Origin: Octopus sinensis | Taxonomy: Eukaryota | NCBI RefSeq assembly: GCF_006345805.1 | Contig: NC_043011.1 | Span: 34,856,464-34,920,463 of the forward strand | Length of the DNA: 64,000 nucleotides | Reading direction: 5' to 3' | Shown here: positions 12,553 to 24,840 of the stretch, piece after piece | Layout: each line of letters starts with the position of its first letter | How positions within the stretch are numbered: position 1 is the stretch's first letter | Position numbers and translations under genes: made by a program | The notes under the pieces: generated by a model | Told to the model about the DNA's origin: nothing | Seen by the model: only the letters and a program-made list of their open reading frames with translations | The model's database searches: none

Positions 12553-12929
12553 AGCACTACTAGGCACAGCACACATTCTACATAAAACACTTTCATTACA
12601 GTAACAATAAGAGCATGACAACAAACCACAACACAGACCCAAGGCACACTGAGCTGCACTTGGTAGTGCAGTGAAAGCACGTGATAAAAACAAGGCTACT
12701 GAATGGAGGAGGAGGCTTCAAATTTTGGCACAAGGTCTGGAAATTTGGTGGGGAGGTCGGAGCTAGTTAATTACACTAAAACCAGTGCGTACCTTTTTTT
12801 GAAGTCTGTTATAAATTCAGTCACCCCACCCACCTTTTGCCGAACTGCTAACTTAAAGATACATAAACATGTGGTGGCACAGTATTGTGGAAACAAACAC
12901 AGACACAATGACACACAAACACACACATT

Positions 12930-12963
<34 letters not shown>

Positions 12964-12983
12964 ATATATATACATATATATAT

Positions 12984-13066
<83 letters not shown>

Positions 13067-13149
13067 TATATATATATACACACAAATACACATATGCACA
13101 CACATATATACACACGCACACAAGAAAGTAAATATACTTATATATATCA

Positions 13150-13836
13150 TCATCCATCATCATCATCATTTAGCGTCCGTTTTCCATGCTAGCATGGGTT
13201 GGACGGTTCTACTGGGGTCTGTGAAGCCAGAAGGCTTCATCAGGCCCAGTCAAATCTGGCAGTTGTTCTACGGCTGGATGCCCTTCCTAACGCCAACCAC
13301 TCCGTGAGTGTAGTGGGTGCTTTTTACGTGCCACCCGCACTGGTGCCAGACAGAGCTGGCAAACGGCCACGAACGGATGGTGCTTTTTATGTGCCACCGG
13401 CACGAGGCCCAGGCGAGGCTGGCAACGGACATGAAACGGGGCGGTGCTGGCAACGGTCGCGAAACGGAAAGTTCTCTTACATGCCACCGGCCACTGGTAA
13501 CACATCTGCAATTCCATTGATCGATTTCCATTGATCGATTTCGATTCTGATCCTCACTTGCCTCAATGGGTCTTCACAAGCAGAGTTTCGACATGCCACC
13601 GGCCCTGGTAGCACATCCGCAATTTCCATTGATCGATTTCGATTCTGATCCTCACTTGCCTCAACACGTCTCACATGTAGAGTTTTGTGTCCCAAGAAGG
13701 GAAGGTATGCATACGTAGGCTGGCTCCATCCCATGTAGAAGGCCACGGGTTGTGGACTCACTTGTCCTGCCGGGTCTTCTCGCGCACAGCACACTTCCAG
13801 AGGTCTCGGTCTCTAGTCATTTCCTCAGTGAGACCT
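13150..13836 (-). mobile_element. RTE-LINE 3' end (last ORF codons plus 3' UTR)
   Basis: AGAGGTCTCGGTCTCTAGTCATTTCCTCAGTGAG matches the reverse complement of 17255-17287; (CAT)n tail at 13150. Confidence 0.88.
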
Positions 13837-13852
13837 TATATATATATATATA

Positions 13853-14135
13853 TCAGAAATACTAAATTTCTAAATCTCTCGTAGAGACATGTACGGTGGT
13901 GGGGCGATAGAATGGTTGTATACTGTCAATCTAACACGAACGTGACAGTAGGGGGGTACACCACCGCTCTTTAGCCCTAGGAAGCAGCGACGCCTCCTGA
14001 TGGCTTTGACACATTTTTCCTGTGTCCTTATATACATTTACGAAAGGGAGACAAATACCCCCAGCCGCCCGGGCTGTATCTAGGGACAAGTGTTTCAGGA
14101 TGATTGTCCTTCATCGGCCTAGAGTAGCAGACACG
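13853..14135 (-). mobile_element. Structured GC-rich element next to (TA)n carrying a hammerhead (Penelope-like terminal repeat or retrozyme-like)
   Basis: Hammerhead at 14079-14123 plus stems CGGTGGTG/CACCACCG, TACTGTCA/TGACAGTA, GACACA/TGTGTC and CAGCC/GGCTG; bounded by (TA)n and (CA)n. Confidence 0.6.
14079..14123 (-). ncRNA. Complete type-I hammerhead ribozyme motif, U4C core variant
   Basis: Minus strand: TCTAGG-CCGATGA-AGGA(CAATCA)TCCT-GAA-ACA(CT)TGT-C-CCTAGA. 6-bp stem I, 4-bp stem II, GUC site. Confidence 0.78.
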
Positions 14136-14164
14136 CACACACACACACATACATACACATAAAA

Positions 14165-14540
14165 TGTTGGCACTCCGTCGCTTATGACGACAAGGGTTCC
14201 AGTTGATCCAATCAACAGAACAGCCTACTCGTGAAATTAATGTGCAAGTGGCTGAGCACTCCACAGACATGTGTACCCTTAACATAGTTCTCGGGGATAT
14301 TCAGTGTGACACAGTGTGACAAGGCTGGCCCTTTGAATTACAGGCACAACAGAAACAAGAAGTAAGAGTGAGAGAAAGTTATAGTGAAAGAGTACAGCAG
14401 GGTTCACCACCACCCTGTGCTGAGCCTCGTGGAACTTTAGGTATTTTCGCTCAATAAACACTCACAATACCCGGTCTGGGAATCGAAACCACGATCCTAT
14501 GACCTCGAGTCCGCTGCCCTAACCACTGGGCCATTGCGCT
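14165..14540 (-). mobile_element. SINE family B
   Basis: Colinear with 8432-8806. Confidence 0.9.
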
Positions 14541-15266
14541 CTGCACAGAAATTACATATAGATATATAGATGCAGGCATAGATCTTTGGTGATTAACAAA
14601 ACAAGGTGAGAAATAGTTTGGTTTTTTTTTTCTGTTTCTTTCTTCTTTTTTTTTTTCGTTCCTAAATTTTAAACTTCCTTACATAGTTCTTTGTATTCTC
14701 CCATGTGAGATGCATCAATAGTTTTTTTAAACTTCCCACATGAAGTGCACTCGTAAATTATTTTTTATTTGATCTTCAATCTGACGCAGAATCAAAAAAA
14801 AAAAAAGATTCAAGAAACACTAAACTAAACAATCACATAATAACGTTCTCCTTTGCTGAATTTAACACTTCAGGTTTTAATATCTAGAGTTTATAAAAGA
14901 AAAAAGGACCACCCTCCTCTCTTTTTTGTTTCGCCTGTATTTTTTGTTTCAGCTTCAATTAGTTGTTGAGTTCAAAGGGCTATGTGTAAAAGGGACCCCC
15001 AAATTATCTTTGAACTACTGACTAAATCAAAGTTTTCTCTATGAGTGTGTGTGTGTGTGTGTGTGTGTATTCAATGAAAAAATATACAGGAGGGACCCTG
15101 GCAGACTGACAGAAGACAAGAGTTTCAGATAAAAGCTTGAACTAAAAACATAGTTTATCAGTAGAAGCAACTAGAAAATGTAGTCCATGCACTGTTCAGG
15201 TGAATATATATATATATATATATATACATAAAACAAAGTGAAGTTATAAGGTACCACACGAGTGGA

Positions 15267-15349
15267 AATATATATGAAAGAAGGTTTGAAAATGCAATTT
15301 TAAAGATGTAAGTGAATAAACATCTTTAAAATTGCATTTTCAAACTCTC

Positions 15350-15361
<12 letters not shown>
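15267..15361. repeat. Short fold-back (about 42-bp arms) in (TA)n
   Basis: ATGAAAGAAGGTTTGAAAATGCAATTTTAAAGATGT / ACATCTTTAAAATTGCATTTTCAAACTCTCTTTCAT. Confidence 0.9.
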
Positions 15362-15378
<17 letters not shown>

Positions 15379-15380
<2 letters not shown>

Positions 15381-15702
15381 CAAAATCAGAAAATGGAGAA
15401 ATACATCTAAATCATTAATCAACTATCAGATAATACCCAATCACTGGTTCAATAAAGTATGTGATTGGGTATTATCTGATAGTTGATTAATGATTTAGAT
15501 GTATTTCTCCATTTTCTGATTTTGTATTGTTAATTTATGGTAAAAATAATTTTACCTTTGCCCATGTAATACAGTAAATGAATTAATTGCATCGCAATTC
15601 TTAACATTTATGTATTAACTTTGTTGGGTAATTCACTAGCAGTATATTGGATATATGTTATCCCATGGAGGGTTGCATTACAACCCATATCTCAATTTGT
15701 AT
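15379..15702. repeat. Fold-back element in (TA)n: perfect 66-bp arms (15379-15444 / 15461-15526) plus a one-sided extension
   Basis: Direct reading; (TA)n on both flanks. Confidence 0.9.
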
Positions 15703-15704
15703 AC

Positions 15705-15736
<32 letters not shown>

Positions 15737-15769
15737 ATATACACACATTTTGAGCATCAAAATTGTGTA

Positions 15770-17328
15770 AAATATCTGGCAGTGTCGGCTATAACCTAGT
15801 CACCCGTATAGTCAACCAGGTGATACACGAAGGAGTCATACCCAATGACTGTGTGCAGCAGCATACTAGTCAACTGCTACAAAGGTAAAGGTGATGCCCT
15901 AGATACAAATAATTACAGAGGTATCAAGCTGTGGGATCAAGTAATGAAGGTTACGGAGAGGGTCATAGCCCAACTAATTAGAGAGAGAGTTAGTTTAGAT
16001 GAGATGCAGTTTGGGTTCGTGCCAGAAAAAGTACCACTGATGCTATATTCCTGGTAAGGCAGCTGCAGGAGAAATACCTAGCCAAAGATAAGCCCCTGTA
16101 CCTGGCTTTCGTTGACATGGAGAAAGCTTTTGATAGGGTCCCCCGATCCCTATCTGGTGGTCAATGAGGAAACTAGGGATAGATGAATGGCTGGTGAGGA
16201 CTGTGCAAGCCATGTACAGAGATGCCGTAAGTAAGGTTAGGGTTGGCAACATGTACACAGAAGAATTCAAAGTAGAGGTTGGGGTCCACCAGGGTTCAGT
16301 ACTCAGCCCCCTCCTATTTATCATAGTACTCCAGGCAATTACGGAGGAATTCAGACAGGCTGTCCCTGGAGCTCCTCTACGCTGACGACCTTGCTCTTAT
16401 TGCTGAGTCACTATCAGAACTGGAGGAGAAGTTCCAGGTGTGGAAGGAGGGTTAGAATCAAGGGGCCTTAGAGTCAACCTAGCTAAACCAAAGTTAATAA
16501 GTAGAAAGGTAGACAATCCACAAATATCTTCAGGAAGATGGCCCTGCTCGATCTGTAGAAAAGGTGTAGGTAGAAACTCTATAAGATGTACCCAGTGTAA
16601 GCTATGGACACATAAGAGGTGCAGCAATGTCAAAGGTAGGCTAACTGGGAAGATAGTTTTTGTATGTGGCAGATGCTCGGGAGCATAACCTCCGAAAATC
16701 TGCAGAAAACAACTTCCGTCACTTTCCAGGGGGAAAAACTAGAAGTAGTTGATAGCTTCCGTTATCTAGGTGACCAAGTCAGTAGTGGGGGTGGGTGCGC
16801 TGAAAGTGTAACTGCTAGAATAAGAATAGCCTGGGCAAAGTTTAGGGAGCTCTTACCTCTGCTGGTGACTAAAGGCCTCTCGCTCAGAGTAAAAGGCAGA
16901 CTGTATGATGCGTGTGTACGAACAGCCATGCTACATGGCAGCGAAACATGGGCTGTGACTGCTGAGGACATGCGTAAGCTCGTGAGGAATGAAGCCAGTA
17001 TGCTCCGATGGATGTGTAATGTCAGTGTACATACTCGACAGAGCGTTAGCACCTTGAGAGAAATGTTGTACCTAAGAAGCATCAGTTGTGGTGTGCAAGG
17101 GAGACGATTGCGCTGGTATGGTCATGTGGCGAGAATGGATGAAGATAGGTGTGTGAGAAAGTGCCAATCCCTAGCAGTTGAGGAACCCGTGGAAGAGGTA
17201 GACCCAGGAAAACCTGGGACGAGGTGGTGAAGCACGACCTTCGAACTTTAGGCCTCACTGAGGAAATGACCAGAGACCGAGACCTTTGGAAATATTCTGT
17301 ACGTGAGAAGACCAGGCAGGACAAGTGA
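15770..17328 (+). pseudogene. RTE reverse transcriptase pseudogene with an internal PHD-type zinc finger
   Basis: ORFs 15845-16057, 16164-16385, 16440-16688 and 16664-17230 join through several 1-bp frameshifts. Confidence 0.92.
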
Positions 17329-17424
17329 GCCCAGCCCACTTATGAATGCCTTTCCTCCCTTGGACACAAAGACCGGTGAGGCAAGCGAAGTCGATATAGA
17401 ACCTCATCCGACGACAGACACCCA

Positions 17425-17870
17425 TCCCAACCCCCCATGCTTGCGAAGACATGTTGGGGCAAGCGAAATCGAAATCGAAATCGAAACCGAATTGAACCAG
17501 CCAGGATCCCTGGCCTGGTGGTACGTAAAAAGCACTATCCGACTCGGGGCCGTGGCACGTAAATACTACTCCAATGCGACCGTACGACAGGCACCCATGC
17601 CAACCCCCTTTGCTTGTGAAGACATGTTGGGGCAAGCGAAATCGAAATCGAATTGAACCAGCCAGGATCCCTGGTCTGGTGGTACGTAAAGCACTATCCG
17701 ACTCGTGGCCGTGGCACGTAAAATACTCCAATGCGACCGTACGACAGGCACCCTTGCCAACCCCTTTGCTTGTGAAGACATGTTGGGGCAAGCGAAATCG
17801 AAATCGAATTGAACCAGCCAGGATCCCTGGTCTGGTGGTACGTAAAAAGCACTATCCGACTCGTGGCCGA
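17425..17870 (+). repeat. About 2.6 tandem copies of a 155-175-bp unit in the LINE 3' UTR
   Basis: GAAGACATGTTGGGGCAAGCGAAATCGAAATC recurs at about 17445, 17618 and 17774. Confidence 0.9.
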
Positions 17871-18628
17871 TGCCAGCACCGCCTCGACTGGCTTCCGTGC
17901 GGTGGCACATAAAATACACCAATCTGACCGTGGCCGTTGCCAGCCCCGCCTGGCACCTGTGCAGGTGGCACGTAAAAAGCACCCACTACACTCACGGAGT
18001 GGTTGGCGTTAGGAAGGGCATCCAGCTGTAGAAACATTGCCAAATTAGACTGGAGCCTGGTGCAGCCTTCTGGCTTCCCAGAACCCCGGTCGAACCGTCC
18101 AACCCATGCTAGCATGGAGAACGGACGTTAAACGACGATGATGATATACACACATATATATATATCTTTATCCTTTATTCTTTTATTAGTTATAGATGTT
18201 GGACTGTAGCCTTGCTGGAGCACCATCTTAAAGGGTTTAGGCAAGGAAATCAAATAAAATTTAAAATTATTGCTTTTTTTTATTTTTAAGTCTGGTACTT
18301 ATTCTATAGGCCTCATTTGCCAAACTACTATGATGCAGGGATGTAAACAAACCAACACCAGCATTCATACGGTGGACAGACAAACACAGACTCAAACATA
18401 TAGACACACTCACAGAGGTGTGGTGGGGGAGTGTATACACATATACAGAGAAGCTATAGAGTGATACTCAAGCACTCAGCTATGAGGGCATTGCATCTTA
18501 TAGCCGAAACAGCTGTAAGCTAATGAAGCTCATGACACAATTTCTTATTCCCTTGTCATTTTACTTTCTCATCATTGCTCTGTACTCAACTGACGCTTTG
18601 TGCTGAAGCATGTGTATATTGAGTTCTA

Positions 18629-19021
18629 GGTGGAGGCGCAATGGCCCAGTGGTTAGGGCAGCGGACTCGCGGTCATAGGATCGCGGTTTCGATTCCCAGA
18701 CCGGGCGTTGTGAGAGTTTATTGAGCGAAAACACCTAAGCTCCACGAGGCTCTGGCAGGGGATGGTGGTGATCCCTGCTGTACTCTTTCACCACAACTTT
18801 CTCTCACTCTTACTTCCTGTTTCTGTTGTACCTGTATTTCAAAGGGCCAGCCTTGTCACTCTCTGTGTCACGCTGAATATCCCCGAGAACTACGTTAAGG
18901 GTACACGTGTCTGTGGAGTGCTCAGCCACTTGCACGTTAATTTCATGAGCAGGCTGTTCCGTTGATTCGGATCAACCGGAACCCTTGTCGTCGTAACCGA
19001 CGGAGTGCTTTCAAAAGAAAA
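18629..19021 (+). mobile_element. SINE family B, full length with 13-bp TSD
   Basis: tRNA-like A/B boxes (TGGCCCAGTGG, GGTTTCGATTCC); TSD ATATTGAGTTCTA at 18616-18628 and 19022-19034. Confidence 0.95.
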
Positions 19022-19248
19022 ATATTGAGTTCTAATACCAGATTATTAGTATTACTATGCTTAAGCAAAATAATATATATATATATGTAGGCACAGAAGT
19101 GGCTGTGTGGTAAGAAGCTTGCTTACCAACCACATGGTTCTGGGTTCAGTCTCACTGCGTCGCACCTTGGGCAAGTGTCTTCTACTATAGCCTTGGGCCA
19201 ACCAAAGCCTTGTGAGTGGATTTGGTAGATAGAAACTGAAAGAAGCTT

Positions 19249-19316
<68 letters not shown>

Positions 19317-19321
19317 TATAT

Positions 19322-19556
19322 ATCAGAGTAAACAGATAAATGTGAAACAAGGTGGAAAAAATAGTACTCAATTACCAGAGATAGATTAATATGGTTTATT
19401 AAAAGCAGCAAAAACACCACAAAAACCATTACTCCGAGTTTCACGTTCCCAATCATCAGACAGTTTTGCTTAGAATTCTAAACAAAACTGTCTAAGAAAC
19501 GAGAACATGAAACTCTGAGTAACAGTTTTTCTGATATTTTTGCTGCTTTTTAATAA
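19322..19556. mobile_element. Hammerhead fold-back element (same family as 58035-58262) inserted in the TA tract of a SINE A (19089-19665)
   Basis: Arms 19396-19474 / 19477-19556; hammerhead motifs at 19426-19463 (-) and, decayed, at 19488-19525 (+). Confidence 0.8.
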
Positions 19557-19664
19557 TATATATATGTATATGTTTCTATATCTGTGTTTGTCCCCCTACC
19601 ATCGCTTGACAACCAATGTTGGTGTGTTTATGTCCCCATAAATTAGCAGTTCGAAAAAAAGAGA

Positions 19665-19949
19665 CCAATTTGATTTGATTTTGATTTACTTGACTCAATA
19701 GGTCTCCTCAAGTATGGAATGTAGCTTGAAAAGTCAAAGGTACTTTTTAAATGGATTAGATATGTATATATGCTGTGATTGAGATATGCCATGATTGAGA
19801 AGACCCGGCAAGAAAAGTGAGATCACAGCCATAGCCTACACCAGTGTTGCATAACTAAACCATTTAAAAAGTACCTTTGACTTTTCAAGCAACATTCCAT
19901 GCTTGAGGAGACCTATTGAGTCAAGTAAATCAAAATCAAATCAAATTGG
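19665..19949. repeat. Inverted repeat (about 100-bp arms) made of LINE 3'-UTR-like sequence
   Basis: CCAATTTGATTTGATTTTGATTTACTTGACTCAATAGGTCTCCTCAAG... and its reverse complement ending at 19949. Confidence 0.9.
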
Positions 19950-20873
19950 CTTAATGCACTAATTAGTCTTAATAATTAATCTCACTAATCTCACAGCCAA
20001 GCTCGCACCTACCATTTTGTAAAAAGAAAAACAAAAACAAAAGGACATTAGATAATGGAGTCCTAGATACTCTATGCCTGAAGAATATGTAGGATAATTC
20101 AGTCCTAGATATACACACCCATGCGAACCAGTGAAATTAATAAATCACTTTGAAATGACAGTTAAAGCTGCAGTAATGTTTGTAAATTGAAACGAGACAA
20201 TAACTACATGTTATTTGCACATGGAAACCTACACATAAACATATACATATTAACAGACACACACACACATACACACACACACACACACACACAATATTGT
20301 ACTTCCACATTAAGGAGCTCAAACAATTACTTAAACTTTATAATTTTCTTGGCTTTTAAAAATTTCTTTATTCTCTAACATTCATTAACCCTGATAATGG
20401 ATGTTAATGGATGATTTCCTGTTTCTACTCTTCTCCACCCAGTAAACATACCCAACAAACATACCCTGTAAACTCACCCAGAAGATTAACCTAGTAAACT
20501 CACCACATTTAACCAACTAAACATATTGAGAGAAGAGGCAGCTGAAGGCAGTGTAGGGAACCTTTACCTGGTCTCTAGATTTGCTAGATACAGTAGCCAA
20601 TCTCCTCAATCACACTTTACAGTCTTTACAAAAAAGAAAAAAGCATTAGATTATGTAGCCCTAGATAGATTTAGGTCTGAGCCTTAGATCTAAGTCTATC
20701 TAGGAATGTTATGAGCCTTAGATTTCATAACACTGGAGCTTAACCCATTTTCCATGCCATCTAAAAGAATGACATTACAACACTCTGTCCCTGAATGGGA
20801 TGCAAGTCATTTATGGGGCCAACTTTCCAGGTATTGTTGGAACTCATTTTACAGCTGAGTGGACTGGGGCAGC

Positions 20874-20973
20874 NNNNNNNNNNNNNNNNNNNNNNNNNNN
20901 NNNNNNNNNNNNNNNNNNNNNNNNNNNNNNNNNNNNNNNNNNNNNNNNNNNNNNNNNNNNNNNNNNNNNNNNN
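20874..20973. other. Assembly gap (100 N)
   Basis: Run of N. Confidence 1.
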
Positions 20974-21524
20974 ATATATATACATACATACGACGGGCTT
21001 CTTTCAGTTTCCATCTACCAAATCCACTCACAAGGCTTTGGTCGGCCCGAGGCTATAGTAGAAGACACTTGCCCGAGGTGCCATGCAGTGGGACTGAACC
21101 TGGAACCATGTGGTTGGTAGCAAGCTTCTTACCACACAGCCACTCCTGCACCTTTGGTAAAAAAAAAAAGGATTCCTTACACACAAAACTACCTACATAC
21201 CCCAATAAATCTTTTGATTGGTGAAAATCGATAAACATCTTTCAGTTATACATTCATTGCTTCCACTTTTAATGCTATATTGCTTGATGAAATGAACGCA
21301 TGAACTATAATCCACTCAATGTCCATGGATACCACGGATTGTGTTTTAATAATCCCAGGAATGTGGACTTTGATTTTAAGACACATGTGATTTGTGGAAA
21401 TGCATGTAGCAATGCATTAAAACATTTATAAATTCCATTCACGGATTATTACTAACAGTTCATCATGCTGAACTGTTAATCCCTACACATTTTCTTCTCT
21501 TTTCATTTTTTTTTCCTCTTAATC

Positions 21525-21560
21525 CTTTCTGTTGAAGAGCATAGGCTCAAAATGTCAAAG
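21525..21560 (+). ncRNA. Decayed hammerhead-like motif
   Basis: CTTT-CTGTTGA-A-GAGC(ATAG)GCTC-AAAAT-GTC-AAAG. Stems I and II are intact; CAAAATG is what CpG decay of CGAAACG would give. Confidence 0.45.
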
Positions 21561-21841
21561 ACCTTTCCATTCTCCCTGAGTGTCAAACTAATACACCTGC
21601 TTGTTCTTCTCTCACTTGTCTTTCTCATTTGTTTTCTGTAAATCTGAACTGTATGTATATTCTTTTATTTGTTTCAGACATTTGACTACAGCCATGATGG
21701 AGCACAGCCTTTTAGTCAAACAAATCGACCTCTATTCTTTGATATACTTTGTTTGTTTGTTTATGTTCATCGTGATTTGAATTTAACATATATATTGATA
21801 TATATATATATATATATACAGAGAGAGAGAGAGAGAGCAAT

Positions 21842-21994
21842 GGTAAGACAACAAAAGAATGAAAGAGACCTCGATATTATGTAAATAGAGGAATTTATAT
21901 GTAAATATAATATTGGACAATTATTCGGTAGCGATGATAAAACCCTGACATCTGAAACTCGGAGTTTTAACATGGCAACCAATAATTGTCACAT

Positions 21995-22000
<6 letters not shown>
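21842..22000. repeat. Short fold-back element next to (TA)n with the 3' half of a hammerhead-like motif
   Basis: Arms about 21906-21943 / 21964-22000; GAAACTCGGAGT at 21954-21965 equals the stem III of the 19.4 kb copy. Confidence 0.6.
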
Positions 22001-22059
<59 letters not shown>

Positions 22060-22239
22060 TACATACATATATATATATTATATAATATATATATATATAT
22101 ACATACATACATAAAATCACCCATAAATATATGTAATATATACACATATACATATAATAACATGGCATTTATATGTTATATATGATACAATATGATATCT
22201 ATGATATGATATGCATTAACCAAGACAAAGAAAGAAAAA

Positions 22240-23996
22240 ACTGCTACCGCTACTACTACTACCACCACCACCACCACCACCACCACCTCCACCACCACTA
22301 CCATGACTACCAAACAGTAAAACAGATATAAATAAAATATATAATAAAATATATAATATAAAAACAAAACAAAGAAAAGCCAACAAGGCAAGGAAAAAAA
22401 GGTGAAGAAAATGAAAGAAGGAAAGAAAGAAAGAATTGTGAGAATCAGCAGTGTATGGGGCGGGGAGTGGGAGAGGGCGTGTAAGGTGGAGAGTCCATCA
22501 TCGCATATCATCTTTATTGATTTTGGTCTATTTTTATCGGAGGTTTTGATGGAGTAAGTTTCCAGTACCAAAGTTAGCGTAGTTCCAGCAAAATCCACCA
22601 TCACCACGACTACGACCACGACCATCATCATCATCATCATCACCATCATCATCACCATCACCATCATCATCACCATCATCATCACCATCACCATCACCGT
22701 CATCATCATTAACACTTTCATCATCAACACTATCTTATACATATGGTGGTCATTAACCACCGTCATCATCATCATCATCATCACCAACAGCAACTTTATA
22801 TGCCACCACTTTTGCAGCCATCACATCAACAACATCACCATATGCATATGACCACCACCATCGTCACTACCACCACCACCTGCTACGAATACCATCACCA
22901 CCATCATTGTCATCAATACTATCGCCCATACCACCATTATCGCAACCATCAACAACTACTGCTAGCAGCAGCAGCAGCACCACCACCACACCACCACCAC
23001 CATCAATCCATCACTACTACTTCCACCACCATCATCATCGAAACCACAACCACTATCACCATCACCATCATGAACATCACCTTCACCACCAACACCATCA
23101 CTATCGCTGCCAACACCACCATTATCATCACTAACACTACCACAACCACCACTACCACCACCACCACCTACCACAACCACCACTACCACCACCACCACCA
23201 CCACCACCATCATCATCATCGTTGTCGTCGTCGTCATCATCATCATGACCACCACCACCACCACCACCACCAGCATCATCACCACCACCACCACCATCAC
23301 CATCATCATCATCATCGTTGTCATCGTCATCATCATCATGACCACCACCAACACCAGCAGCATCACCACTACACACCACCATCAGCCCCAGCACTGTTGC
23401 TGCAAGCATCAACACCACCACCACCACCACCACCACCATCATCATCACCATCACCAGCATCATCATCACCACCACCACTACCATCATCCCCAGCACTGTT
23501 GCTGCAAGCATCACCACCACCACCACCACCACCACCACCACCATCATCACTGTCACCAACACCACAACCATCATCACAGCCACCAACACGCCCGCTAACA
23601 CCACCACCACCACTGTCACTATCCATATGACCTCTACCCTCCCTCATCACCACCATCATCATCATCATCATCATCATAAGCACAATCATCAGCACCTCCC
23701 CTACAATCATCATTAATATTTCCATCACACACCAATTCACCTCGTTTTCTGTTTTTTCACCTCTCATTTCCCTCAATTGGTAACAATAGCATAATGAGTT
23801 ATACTTCATCAAAGACTCTGAGTGCGTATGTATGTGTGTATGTACATATACATGTGTGTGTTTGTGTGTACATTTGTGTGTGTGAGAGAGAGAGAGAAAG
23901 AGAGGGGGAAAGAGTAAACCTGTATGTGTTTAAACCTGTATATGTTTGTAGGCATGTGTCTGCATGTCAGCCCTTGCAAAGATGTGTGTGTATAAG

Positions 23997-24057
<61 letters not shown>

Positions 24058-24305
24058 GTGTGTGTGTGTGTGTGCTTGCATGTGTATGAGGCCATACATG
24101 TTTGCACATAAGTCAGTCCCTACAAAGATGCATTTATGTTCATGTGTGTGTGTGTGTGAGTGTGTGTGTGTGTATGTGTGTGTGTGTGTGTGATTAGTGT
24201 GGGTGTGTTAGTTTACCTGTATAAACATTTGCAAGTGTGTATGAGTGTATACATTTGCAGGTGTGTATATGCATGTACATTTGTGTCTGTATTTAGTGTG
24301 TGTGA

Positions 24306-24352
<47 letters not shown>

Positions 24353-24577
24353 CGGTGTGTGTATGTAACTGCAAATGAACACGTCTGTACAGGTTTGTCT
24401 ATGTGCATCTCCAAGTCAGCTCTTGCAAAGGTGTGTGTACATATGTGTGTGTTAATGTGCAAGCATAGGAACATGTATGTATATGTATATGTGTATGAAT
24501 GTGTATGTATGGAATTCAGTGTTTATATGTTTTAAGGCTTGTGTGTCAATATATGAATGGCAGTATATGTGTGTGTG

Positions 24578-24629
<52 letters not shown>

Positions 24630-24796
24630 ATATATACATATATGCATGTATGTGCATGTACATATATGGGTATAGTATGCATGTTTGTGTGTATATGTAT
24701 GAGTATGTATGTACGTATGCATATGTGTAAACACATCAGTATGCATGTACACTTCAATGCTGTTCTTTTTTATATATTTTATGAATTTTAAGTGAA

Positions 24797-24840
<44 letters not shown>

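Larger units (their letters stand above)
15749..18143 (+). mobile_element. 5'-truncated RTE-clade LINE (frameshifted RT, long 3' UTR, (GAT)n tail)
   Basis: RT motifs YKGKGDALDTNNYRGIKL, QFGF, FVDMEKAFD, GVHQGSVLSPLLF, LYADDL, FRYLG and RLRWYGHVARM. Candidate 12-bp TSD ATATACACACAT (15737-15748, 18144-18155). Confidence 0.95.

Noticed and set aside
15620-15690. GGAGGGTTG resembling a twister ribozyme 3' end
   Set aside because: The GUCCCAAGC segment and a P1 partner before UAA are missing.
18629-18705. tRNA genes at SINE heads (also 8735-8806, 57672-57745, 2610-2680)
   Set aside because: A/B boxes run straight into SINE bodies, with a TSD at 18.6-19.0 kb; no complete acceptor stem.
22490-22560. 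IIFIDFGL kinase-like motif followed by GTAAGT
   Set aside because: No polypyrimidine acceptor upstream and no other kinase subdomains in the window.
22743-23630. 295-aa His/Thr/Pro-rich ORF and overlapping ORFs
   Set aside because: Stop-free (CAC/CAT)n mosaic open in several frames on both strands; no domain or splice support.
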